Shown here piece after piece: positions 34,520 through 42,875 of a stretch of 52,933 bases of DNA (its first letter is position 1; each line of letters opens with the position of its first letter). The stretch is from IMG/VR virus record IMGVR_UViG_3300048818_000172, positions 1 to 52,933 of that record, one strand, 5' to 3'. The stretch is from a virus (taxonomy: Duplodnaviria; Caudoviricetes). Below the pieces are notes generated by a model that was given only the letters and a program-made list of their open reading frames with translations, was not told the DNA's origin and ran no database searches. A program made the translations under genes and the position numbers.

Positions 34520-35596
34520 CTACACCGCTGTGGCGGCAGGCATGGTGGTATCCGTTGAAATGACACCATGGCGCCTTCTGTTGCGAGTTATTAAATTCCA
34601 GCTGCAATCAGTATGCGTTTGTGAAACAGTGTGCTGGCCCGGCACGACGGGAATCACGGTCTCAAACATCCACTCGCCGCGGAGCCCGACCGTGTGCAGC
34701 TCGCCCCAATTCAGGGCGTAGCATGGGTTCGTGGTGTCCAGGTCGAGCTGGCGAACCGGTGTCAGCGGCCTCCGGCGAAGCTCCGCCTTGCCGTCCATGC
34801 TGGCCACGTCCTTGCCGAGGTTCTCGTTCTGAGCCTCCAGCAGCTCCTCGATACCCGCGAGCGTGGCGTAGTTCAGGTACAGCCCGTAGTCATCGCCGAG
34901 GTTGTAGGTGGGAATCTTGTCGACGAGCGGCAAGAAGTCGGTGTAGTACAGCATCCGACGCATCTTCCTCACGAAGTCGTCTTTCGTCAGGAGGGTGTAC
35001 TGTGTGGCGTAGTTCTGCCACCGGGTAAGCGTCGTCGGGTTGATGTTCGCGACCGTGACGTAGCCGCTGGGGAGCGAGCCGTTGAAGCCGTTGTTGTTGG
35101 CCTGGGTCGCGGCCGTGTTGCTCTTGACCACGTAGGTTGGAATGCCCCACGCGCTCTTGAGGTCCGTGATGGCCGGGGCCTGCCAAAGCTGAATCTCGAA
35201 GCCGATAATCGCGTCCCCGAAGGCCGCGATACGCTGGGTTTCGAGAAGGTCGACGATGCGCGACGGCTCGCGGTTCATCGCCAGGATGCGGCGATCGTGG
35301 GCCCAATTCCACGTCGAATGACGCCAGGGCACTTCGCCCTTGGTCATCACGTTGGGGATGGAAACCTGATCGATTTCCCCAATGCCGACCATCTTGAACG
35401 AGCCGTTGGTCCCGATGATGAGGTTGAAATCGATGGCCGACCCGCTCTGGAAGTCGGTCTTGTGCTTCTTGAACACTCGCTTGAGGGCGATCGTGTTCTG
35501 GTAGTTGCTCATCAAGTCCGTGAACTTGAGTTTGCCGAGCTGCGGCAGCGTCATGGAAACCAGGTCGGCAATGCCCGAAGATTGGAGAACAGGCAT
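34520..35596 (-). CDS. Major capsid protein
   Basis: 358 aa, directly downstream of the scaffold. HK97-fold-like features (VPWRH, WQNY, NENLGKD, C-terminal NLITRNRRRHGVI). Confidence 0.8.
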   Translation of the reverse strand: MPVLQSSGIADLVSMTLPQLGKLKFTDLMSNYQNTIALKRVFKKHKTDFQSGSAIDFNLIIGTNGSFKMVGIGEIDQVSIPNVMTKGEVPWRHSTWNWAHDRRILAMNREPSRIVDLLETQRIAAFGDAIIGFEIQLWQAPAITDLKSAWGIPTYVVKSNTAATQANNNGFNGSLPSGYVTVANINPTTLTRWQNYATQYTLLTKDDFVRKMRRMLYYTDFLPLVDKIPTYNLGDDYGLYLNYATLAGIEELLEAQNENLGKDVASMDGKAELRRRPLTPVRQLDLDTTNPCYALNWGELHTVGLRGEWMFETVIPVVPGQHTVSQTHTDCSWNLITRNRRRHGVISTDTTMPAATAV

Positions 35597-35629
35597 GTTT
35601 CATTCCTTGTAGTTGCCGGCATTGCCGGG

Positions 35630-36739
35630 TTAATCGGGGATCGTGTCCTCGTCGCGCTCGACTGTTCCGTTGGGTCCGTCCTGGGCGAAGAAATCCCGCT
35701 TCTTCAGCTCCTCGGTAACGAAGGCAATCGCCTTCGCTTTGCCGGGAGGGAGAACCGGGCTCGCGCGATGACTTGGGCGCTGCGTCGCTGCGGCGTTCCA
35801 CTGCTCGACCGTGATCCGGCCGGTGATCCGTCCATCCGGGCCGCGCTGGATCAAGTCGGCCTCGGTGGGGCCGGCAGAAGCGGCGGGCGCCGCGGGGGCC
35901 TGATAGCCGACTGCCGGCGCCGCCGGCGGCGAGGGGCTCCCGAAAAGCGACAACGCTTTGCGCGCGCTGGCAAGGCGAACTTCGAGCGGCAGCTTCGGAT
36001 CGTCGGCCCGCGCCAACTTGTCCACGGCAAAACGGCGTTGCATCTCCGTGCTGTCGGCTTTCAACTCATGGGCCGTGCCTTTTCCGAACAGCGCCTCATC
36101 CTTGGCGAAAAAGCGCTCGTAGCGCTCTTGCTGGGTTTCGGCCTGCCTCTGCTGCTCGCGTTGCTCGATCGTGCCGAGCTTCCCCTTGAGCCCGCGCAGC
36201 TCTTGCACCTCGTCGGCCAACTTCTTGAGCGCGCCGGAGATGGAGGGGTCGAGGGCGTCCATCACCTCGGGGGGGATGCCCAGGTCGAACTTCTCGGGAG
36301 CGGCCGGCTGAGCCGGAGCCGCGGGCGCCGCTGCGGCCGGTTGCGTGGCCGGTTGTGTGATGAACCGCTGCCGATCGGCCAGCAGCTGCCGGTTCAAATG
36401 AATCAGCGTCTCTTCGAGCACCTCGGGATCGGTCGCGTCGATTTCAGGTTGGGGGATGCCGAAGTCGGCGGCCATGCGCAGGACGCGCGGGGAATGCTTG
36501 GGAGGAAGAGGGGCAGCAGGGGCCACCGCTGGAGTTGCTGATGTGGAAGCAACGGCCGGCGGCGTCGTAATGCCACCTGCTGCCCGAATGAAGTCGGGAT
36601 CGAAGTCGGAATTAGGTAGTTCGTATTCGGCCGCGAGTTGCTGTTGCGGCGTGAGAACCGGAGCCGCGGGAGTCTCCGCGGGAGCGGCCGGCGTCAGATT
36701 GGCTACTGAGATTTCTTCGGGATTGGTCGGAACTGACAC
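35630..36739 (-). CDS. Capsid scaffolding protein
   Basis: A/P-rich and helical, directly upstream of the capsid gene. GTG start. Confidence 0.65.
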   Translation of the reverse strand: MSVPTNPEEISVANLTPAAPAETPAAPVLTPQQQLAAEYELPNSDFDPDFIRAAGGITTPPAVASTSATPAVAPAAPLPPKHSPRVLRMAADFGIPQPEIDATDPEVLEETLIHLNRQLLADRQRFITQPATQPAAAAPAAPAQPAAPEKFDLGIPPEVMDALDPSISGALKKLADEVQELRGLKGKLGTIEQREQQRQAETQQERYERFFAKDEALFGKGTAHELKADSTEMQRRFAVDKLARADDPKLPLEVRLASARKALSLFGSPSPPAAPAVGYQAPAAPAASAGPTEADLIQRGPDGRITGRITVEQWNAAATQRPSHRASPVLPPGKAKAIAFVTEELKKRDFFAQDGPNGTVERDEDTIPD

Positions 36740-36771
36740 CGCACAGCTCGTTCTCTCTCGCGCTGCGGTGG

Positions 36772-36800
36772 AGCATACGACAATGCGGGCCGGTTGTCAA
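36772..36800 (-). promoter_or_regulatory. Near-consensus sigma-70 promoter for scaffold-capsid
   Basis: TTGACA-17 nt-TATGCT on the - strand, 32 nt upstream of the scaffold start. Confidence 0.78.
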
Positions 36801-36810
36801 AGCGCTCAAC

Positions 36811-37182
36811 TCATTGCGAGATCAAAAGGAATTCCATCTGAACCGGCGCAACCGTAGCTTGACCGTAAAGAACGACGGCCGGGGCAAGGTAGAAGATGTG
36901 CCAGCTTGACGGCAGCAATTCAAGGAACGCCGTACCGCCGGAGCCGTTGAACAACGTGAGGTTATTATTCGTGTCCAGATTATGCGCGATCATGCGTCCG
37001 GGCACGGTCACCGGGCCGTAAGGAATCAGCGTCGGGCCGCTATTGCTAACGAGGACGGAGGCGCGGTTGAATGCCGTTCCCGAGACCGACTCCAGATAAT
37101 TCGTGAACGACAGCCCCTCGGCCGCCGCCATAATCTGCGCCTTGAAGAAGCTAAGGGAGAAAGTGATCGTGGTTTCATTCAT
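36811..37182 (-). CDS. Putative virion protein
   Basis: Beta-rich, 123 aa. HNLDTNN motif. Confidence 0.6.
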   Translation of the reverse strand: MNETTITFSLSFFKAQIMAAAEGLSFTNYLESVSGTAFNRASVLVSNSGPTLIPYGPVTVPGRMIAHNLDTNNNLTLFNGSGGTAFLELLPSSWHIFYLAPAVVLYGQATVAPVQMEFLLISQ

Positions 37183-37301
37183 CGTCGTTCCTCGGCTTTC
37201 TGTAGAGCCAGATTTCGTATATGACCCAGCCTACTCCGAACACGACGATGAAGCAAACCAAGTCGCCCCTTATTGCAGCCATCATCGCCGGGCCTCCAAA
37301 C

Positions 37302-37337
37302 AAAAAGGGCCCCAGAGTCTCGTGGTCTCTGGGGCCC
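37302..37337 (-). terminator. Intrinsic terminator
   Basis: 11-bp stem GGGCCCCAGAG/CTCTGGGGCCC followed by TTTTT on the - strand. Confidence 0.72.
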
Positions 37338-37372
37338 CTGCGCTGACCTTGCAACATGGCTCTACCAGTCTA

Positions 37373-37930
37373 TCAACAACCGCCGGCGCCGGCACCCCCG
37401 CTTCTCGCCGCCCGTCGCGCCGCGCGTCGTGTGCCCCCGCCGAACAAGCCGGGCCGTTGCACTCCAACGCTGACACCGGCACTTGTGGACGAACTGCATG
37501 CGGCGACTGACTGGAGGGCCGCGCATGCGTCCGCTGTCAAAGAGACAGACGAAGGCCCGTAGGCCGTGGTATTCAACAATGGGGCGTAGACCGTGCCGTT
37601 GAAGAGTATTGTGCCGTCACTCCTCAACAGAGGGACCGGGGCGGTAGGCGCCGGGACCGAACCGGGTTGGGAGGGTTCGGCCCGCGGCGGAGCTACCGTT
37701 TCAGGCGCCGGCGTCGCCGGCGCGTTGAGTAGCTTGTCGAGCTTCTGATTGATGATGGATAGTTGCTTCTCGAAGATCGCATTTCTTGCCTGGAGTGCCG
37801 CAATCTCGGGGTTGGTACTCACCGCCGGCTGAGCCACCGCCACGCCTTGCGCGTACGCCGTTTCATAGTGACCGGGAAAGGCCAGGCACGAAAGGGCCCC
37901 CATAACGATGATGCCGAGTAGATACCGCAT
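37373..37930 (-). CDS. Signal-peptide-bearing protein with coiled coil and Pro-rich linker (possible lysis accessory)
   Basis: N-terminus MRYLLGIIVMGALSCLAF...AYAQ. Confidence 0.6.
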   Translation of the reverse strand: MRYLLGIIVMGALSCLAFPGHYETAYAQGVAVAQPAVSTNPEIAALQARNAIFEKQLSIINQKLDKLLNAPATPAPETVAPPRAEPSQPGSVPAPTAPVPLLRSDGTILFNGTVYAPLLNTTAYGPSSVSLTADACAALQSVAACSSSTSAGVSVGVQRPGLFGGGTRRAARRAARSGGAGAGGC

Positions 37931-37931
37931 A

Positions 37932-38186
37932 TCAATCCTCCGTGGGTGGTGTGATGACGATTTCGTAGGTGTTTGTGAAGGGGTCGACTGAGCCGGTTCC
38001 CCGCAACGGCTGGACGTGGGCCGTCGCGTCCCCGACAATTTCGGTCATGGTGCAGATCGATCCATCCGGCAAGGTGAACGTCCCGACGCCGGTAGTGCTT
38101 TTGGCAATCCAAGTGTCGAGGCTGACCCCCGGCCGCTCCATGGGACCCGAGGGGAAGGTGATCGAGAACTTGACGGTGCCTTGCAT
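37932..38186 (-). CDS. Hypothetical protein
   Basis: 84-aa ORF packed against its downstream neighbour. Confidence 0.6.
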   Translation of the reverse strand: MQGTVKFSITFPSGPMERPGVSLDTWIAKSTTGVGTFTLPDGSICTMTEIVGDATAHVQPLRGTGSVDPFTNTYEIVITPPTED

Positions 38187-38261
38187 GGGTTACCCCAGAG
38201 AAAGGCCCCGGCCGATGCGCCGACCCGCCCAAGTCGACGACACCAGCCGGGGTTGCTCGAA

Positions 38262-38831
38262 TCACGGGCCGAGGATCGGGATGCTGTGCGTGGCCACCAG
38301 GTTGCCGGGCGCCCCGCTGATGGACACGGAATCGGAGAGCGTGAGAACCGTTCCGTCCGGGAAGGTGGCCTGAATCGCCACCACGACCGAACCCGTTCCC
38401 AGGAAGTGCTCGCCGTAGGCATTGGCGATCGGCGCGTCCGTGGTAAGCAGCGCCGGCGTGCCGCTGGTCGCCACGATGACGGCCCCGGTCATGGGGAACG
38501 CCACGGGCGGCGTCGAGTTGTCCATGCAGGTGATGGTCACGGTGTCCTTGTCGCCGCTGGGGACATTCGCGTCCCTGACCGGCGGCCGTGCCCTGCCGAG
38601 TTTGGCTGGCTTGCTCATAGAAACAGGCTCCTTTGTTGGGTCGCTGTGTGTGGCGACCAGGTGTAGACCGCCGAGCTTGTCGGCGATCCGGGAAAGCGTG
38701 GCGGCCATTACCACCAGCGTCGTTTTGATGTCCGCGAGGGTCTCCGCGATGGCGTGAATGTCGTTCCCGCGCGCGTCTGTACTTTCGGGCAACGGCGAAT
38801 CGGGAAGAGTAACTGTTACACTGGCACCCAT
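38262..38831 (-). CDS. Hypothetical protein with Ig-like C-terminal half and possible internal start at 38618
   Basis: Internal RBS AAGGAG before MSKPAK. LVATHS occurs twice. Confidence 0.6.
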   Translation of the reverse strand: MGASVTVTLPDSPLPESTDARGNDIHAIAETLADIKTTLVVMAATLSRIADKLGGLHLVATHSDPTKEPVSMSKPAKLGRARPPVRDANVPSGDKDTVTITCMDNSTPPVAFPMTGAVIVATSGTPALLTTDAPIANAYGEHFLGTGSVVVAIQATFPDGTVLTLSDSVSISGAPGNLVATHSIPILGP

Positions 38832-38840
38832 GGCATCCCC

Positions 38841-39176
38841 TCACGCGGCGTCGTTCAAACATCCTTGGATGAATGTATCCTCGGCGCTGGCAATCGTCGC
38901 CTGCACGCTCGCGACGACACCGGGGCCGTCGTGCGTGCGCCACGCGCCGAGGCCGAAGTCCTGGATGAGCTGAGACCGCACCGCGTAAGCGATGTACTCG
39001 CCCTGGGTCGCCGCGGCCTGTTTCACGCTGGCCGGTGTCGGCGTCGGAGCCAGGCAGCCGGTCAACATGGTCATCAGCAGGGAGATGATGTTGGCCCAGG
39101 GGATGGCCTTGGCCGTGCCCTTGTAGTTGGCCTCCAAGCGGGCCCGGGCTTCGTTGAAGTTGGCGAGACTGAGCAT
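38841..39176 (-). CDS. Small membrane-associated protein
   Basis: RBS AGGAG. Hydrophobic segment IPWANIISLLMTMLTGC. Confidence 0.65.
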   Translation of the reverse strand: MLSLANFNEARARLEANYKGTAKAIPWANIISLLMTMLTGCLAPTPTPASVKQAAATQGEYIAYAVRSQLIQDFGLGAWRTHDGPGVVASVQATIASAEDTFIQGCLNDAA

Positions 39177-39291
39177 TGGCTTCTCCTGAATTAGCGGTTC
39201 AAAAACTATCGATCCGGCCACTTCTCTTGCGCGCCGAATGAACTCTTCTTTGTCGATGGTCGTGTATTGCGTGGTGTAGTTCTGCCACCGA

Positions 39292-40905
39292 TCACTTCCT
39301 GCTGACTGGCTCCATGCCGTGAAACCTCGGCGGGCCGCCACCCCCCAGGGCGGCGATCATCGCGGCCAGCTCCGCGAACTTCTCCCGAGTGCCGGCCGGC
39401 ATCAGCTCGAAAGTCCCCAGCGCCGGCGGATTCGAGAACGTGAAGCTAACCGGGGTGATGGTCAGGGTCAGGCCGCTTGGCGGCGGCGGAGGAGGCGGAA
39501 CGACGTTTGGCGTGGCCGTCCCGACGAGGTTGCCGGCGGAGTCCCGGATGCTGACCGGCACCTGATCGTGATTCGCCAGCGCCTGAGCTGCAGCTCCGGC
39601 CGTCACTGCATCGGGGTAGCCGGTGACCAGGCCCATGAGGGTCTGCCCCTCGAAGATGTAGTACGGCGGAATGAACACGGGCCGAGGAGGTGGCGGAGGT
39701 GGCGGTGGTGGAGGAGGAGTCGGGCCGCCGGTGATGTAGACGGAATCCGGCGCCGGCACCCCGGAGCCCGTGTTGACGCTACTCGGGTTGCGAATCCACG
39801 CTTCGCCGGTCATGTTCACGAAGGCCGGGAAAGCACACCACCCGATGGTGCTCCAGGTGTAGATGGCCACACCGACCGCGTTCAGATCGATGGGCGCTCC
39901 GTTGCCGTCCGCAGTCGGCACCGGCAAGTTGAGGCCGAAGGCCGCGTTGATGGCTGCGATGAACTGGCCGATCGTGCCGAAGCCGCACGCCCCCATGCAG
40001 TGATCTTCGTTGGTGTCCGGCGAATCGGCGGCCAGCGTCCAGCCGTTCGAGTTGCCGGCGCCGGGCGGCAACTGGTTGGCGGCCAGGCCGAACTTCACGC
40101 AACCGCCCTGCTGACCGGCCGCGTAAATGGCGGCGTTGAGCGTTGGCTGGTCGCCGTAATTGACGCCCAACCCGGCGCCGTCGCCGTAGACATTCCCGTC
40201 CTGGGGGAAGCCGGCGGCCTGCATCTGCTGAATCACTGGTTGCAGGTTGGCGCCGTTCAGCGTGCCGTTCTTATTGCACCAGTCCACAACAACCTGATCG
40301 CTGATGAAGATGCCGTTGCAGGCCTTGTTGAACGCTTCCTCGGCGGTGACGCAGTTTCCGTAGGTGGCATTGCCCCAGCAGGTCAGGGCGCCGTTCTGGT
40401 CGATGTTCTTCGGGAAGATGAAGAAATACGGCGGCGTCGCGCCGAGCGGACGGAACGGCTGAGCCGCGAGTAGAAGGTGCCTCGGCGTCGGATGAGCCCC
40501 GCGCGGGAACGGTCGGCCAGTTCGGTTGTTCAAGTGGTTTAACATCGGCTTCGCTTCCTCCTGGATGGGAAATGTCTCTCGTGTGGATGTGCTGGCGATT
40601 GTTGCCGGGAGGCTCTGGGTCGCCTGCGCGTCCGGTTTCTTCCGCCGCATGTACGCTGCCCCGAGGCCGGCGAGGATAGCGGCAGCCGCTCCTCCACCGA
40701 CGAGGGGGATGGTATTGTCCGTTCCACCAGCCGCGCCAGCAGCTGGCTCCGTGCCGCCAGGTTGATCCGTCTCCCTAACTGGCGCGGCCTTCGGTGGCTT
40801 GATGTCCGCCAACTCCCGCTCAGTCTCGGCCCACTTCATTTGCAGATCGTCGAGCGGGGGCTGAGCGAGTAACAGGGCGAGTGCCAAGGCGAGGGCAATC
40901 CTCAC
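39292..40905 (-). CDS. Papain-like cysteine peptidase with N-terminal signal and transmembrane extension (alternative start 40545)
   Basis: GNATYGNCVTA (catalytic Cys), EDHCM..CGFG (His), IYTW and poly-Pro linkers. GTG overlaps the upstream stop. Confidence 0.7.
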   Translation of the reverse strand: MRIALALALALLLAQPPLDDLQMKWAETERELADIKPPKAAPVRETDQPGGTEPAAGAAGGTDNTIPLVGGGAAAAILAGLGAAYMRRKKPDAQATQSLPATIASTSTRETFPIQEEAKPMLNHLNNRTGRPFPRGAHPTPRHLLLAAQPFRPLGATPPYFFIFPKNIDQNGALTCWGNATYGNCVTAEEAFNKACNGIFISDQVVVDWCNKNGTLNGANLQPVIQQMQAAGFPQDGNVYGDGAGLGVNYGDQPTLNAAIYAAGQQGGCVKFGLAANQLPPGAGNSNGWTLAADSPDTNEDHCMGACGFGTIGQFIAAINAAFGLNLPVPTADGNGAPIDLNAVGVAIYTWSTIGWCAFPAFVNMTGEAWIRNPSSVNTGSGVPAPDSVYITGGPTPPPPPPPPPPPRPVFIPPYYIFEGQTLMGLVTGYPDAVTAGAAAQALANHDQVPVSIRDSAGNLVGTATPNVVPPPPPPPSGLTLTITPVSFTFSNPPALGTFELMPAGTREKFAELAAMIAALGGGGPPRFHGMEPVSRK

Positions 40906-41168
40906 TTGCCACCCTGCGCCTTGCGCATCTCGATAATGGCCTGCAACTCGGCCGGCGTCAACGCCACCGGCGCGGGCGCAACTTGCACGGCCGCGGGAAC
41001 GGTGGACGTGCCAGTGGGGAATGGAGTCGTTTTGAAGTAGAGGGCCCCCGCCCCGGCGATGGCCAGGAACAGGCCGACGAGCCAGGAATGGACGTTGGGG
41101 TTCTGCCAGAACGACATCAGGGCAAACGTCGTGGGAGCGGAAGGAGGAGCATCTTCGGGAGCGGCCAT
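40902..41168 (-). CDS. Single-pass membrane protein (holin-like candidate)
   Basis: One transmembrane helix, WLVGLFLAIAGAGALYF. Confidence 0.6.
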   Translation of the reverse strand: MAAPEDAPPSAPTTFALMSFWQNPNVHSWLVGLFLAIAGAGALYFKTTPFPTGTSTVPAAVQVAPAPVALTPAELQAIIEMRKAQGGK

Positions 41169-41303
41169 AGGTCACCAGGCGTTAGGGAAGTGGTTCGCTG
41201 GTGACCATCATACTGAATTGTCGGCCAGAGAGGGCAAGGCGGCTCCCCCAAAGCGGGGTGGGGGACAATAGCGCGTTAGGTTTGCCGCCCTGCCCGGTGC
41301 CGA

Positions 41304-41507
41304 TCAGGGCCGCGAGGCCACGACTTGCGTAACCGGATTGCCGCTTGACGGCTGGATGACGTCGCCGGGCCTCAGATCGGACAACGCGACCTTCTGGCCG
41401 TTCAGCGTGATCATCGCGTTCGACGCGACTGCCACCGCTACATCCGGCGGCGCTTCCTCCGAAAGATGCAGTGTCGTGCCGTCGATCAACTTCAACTTCT
41501 TGGCCAT
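41304..41507 (-). CDS. Small OB-like hypothetical protein
   Basis: RBS AAGGAG. ITLNGQKVALSDLRPGD motif. Confidence 0.7.
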   Translation of the reverse strand: MAKKLKLIDGTTLHLSEEAPPDVAVAVASNAMITLNGQKVALSDLRPGDVIQPSSGNPVTQVVASRP

Positions 41508-41550
41508 AAATGAGACTCCTTGAAAGAAGGTGGATATACACGCTTGCCGG

Positions 41551-41754
41551 TCAGGGCAGATGAGCCGAGCCGGACGGCATCACGTTCATCACCAGCAAGA
41601 TCAGGAAGATGAGCCCCACCAGGCCGATGATGATGAGAGCGATTTGTTGCACCGGAGGCGGCAAGTCCAGCATGCCGAGGATGAGCTTGGCCACGTACAA
41701 GACGACGGCCAATACCAGGCATCCGACCAGGAAGTAAAGAAGTGCGATCAGCAT
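41551..41754 (-). CDS. Two-TM small membrane protein (holin candidate)
   Basis: Two hydrophobic helices joined by LDLPPPVQQI. RBS AAGGAG. Confidence 0.72.
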   Translation of the reverse strand: MLIALLYFLVGCLVLAVVLYVAKLILGMLDLPPPVQQIALIIIGLVGLIFLILLVMNVMPSGSAHLP

Positions 41755-41764
41755 GGCAGACTCC

Positions 41765-42157
41765 TTAGTGCAACGGCTCCGGGGGTGCATCGAGCGACCG
41801 CGCCTCGGCAAGACCGGCTTCGACACCGGCTGCCGCCCCGACTTCCCCGGCATGCTTCACTGCGGCCGATTGCTTCATGTTAGCGATGGTCGCTTCCAAG
41901 AGCGTTATTTTCTCCAGCAGGCCGGTCAGCTTCCCGTCCACCTGGACGCCAACCGCTTCGATCTTCTTGGCCACATGGTCGGTCTTTCTGTCGTTGTTCT
42001 GCACCTTCATGTAGGTGAGGACATGCCCGACGATGCCGACGATGACGAAGCCGACCGCCCCGATCCAGTAGCCGGAAATCACGTCGGACATGGCGTACAG
42101 CACCACGCCTAAAGCGACAACGGCCTCGCCAATGACCACCCCAAATAGAACCTTCAT
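41765..42157 (-). CDS. Two-TM plus coiled-coil membrane protein (holin candidate)
   Basis: RBS GGAGG. Two transmembrane segments followed by heptads. Confidence 0.68.
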   Translation of the reverse strand: MKVLFGVVIGEAVVALGVVLYAMSDVISGYWIGAVGFVIVGIVGHVLTYMKVQNNDRKTDHVAKKIEAVGVQVDGKLTGLLEKITLLEATIANMKQSAAVKHAGEVGAAAGVEAGLAEARSLDAPPEPLH

Positions 42158-42170
42158 GCAATCCTCCGTG

Positions 42171-42533
42171 CTAGTACCCGGTGAACGAGCTGAAATCGAC
42201 CTTGCCGAGTGCCTTGAGCACGCGGCGCCTGTGCTGCCGGTCTCGCAAGACCGGCCGACCCATGGCGTCAATGTGCGTGTCCCCGATGCCCAACTTCTTG
42301 AAGTGCTCCCTGGCCTCGGGAATCTGCTTGGGATGGTACGCCAGCGCCTCGGAGCTGATCGGCACGAACACGGTCGGCCGGTACGGTTCCCCCACGATGA
42401 TCGGCTGCGGCGGGAACTCCACCTCAAACTCGGCCTTCGAGACTTCGGTGCCGTCGAGGAAGTAGGTCGCCACCGTTTCGAACTCGGCGGTCTCCATGTT
42501 CAGCTTACGCTTGAAGATCGTCTGGCCCCTCAT
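42171..42533 (-). CDS. Hypothetical protein downstream of portal
   Basis: SEALAYHPKQIPEA...GRPV..DRQHRRR motif. Confidence 0.7.
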   Translation of the reverse strand: MRGQTIFKRKLNMETAEFETVATYFLDGTEVSKAEFEVEFPPQPIIVGEPYRPTVFVPISSEALAYHPKQIPEAREHFKKLGIGDTHIDAMGRPVLRDRQHRRRVLKALGKVDFSSFTGY

Positions 42534-42548
42534 TTCGCCGCTCCCTTC

Positions 42549-42875
42549 TTATTCCTTCTTTCGTTCATCCTGCGATATCACCCAATCGGACCGGTCAATT
42601 TCTCCGGCCGAGAACGGCAGCAGCGGCAGCGTCTGGCCTGCGAACTCATGTGAGTTGTCGCCGTGATACTCGATCATGCCCTTGGTTATCGTGAAGTGGC
42701 AACGGGTTTTCTGATCGACGCCTGGCTGCCCCTGCAACTCGCGCACGCTCGGCGAGAACGTCGGGCACTCAGCGTTGCCGTCGTAGTGCCAACGGTTAGC
42801 GGGTATGTTGTGCCATCCGTGCGCGTGGCATTTGACCTCGGCTAAATCGTCGTGCAGCAATACGAGAATAGCCAT
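42549..42875 (-). CDS. DUF6527-like protein
   Basis: WxYDGNxExPTFSPS...RCHFxIxxGxIxY..D..H..AGQT motif. Flanked by 13-bp direct repeats. Confidence 0.72.
   Translation of the reverse strand: MAILVLLHDDLAEVKCHAHGWHNIPANRWHYDGNAECPTFSPSVRELQGQPGVDQKTRCHFTITKGMIEYHGDNSHEFAGQTLPLLPFSAGEIDRSDWVISQDERKKE

Noticed and set aside
40906-41175. N-terminal extension of the 627-aa ORF in the track
   Set aside because: It overlaps the better-supported membrane gene 40902-41168. The GTG at 40905 is the plausible start.
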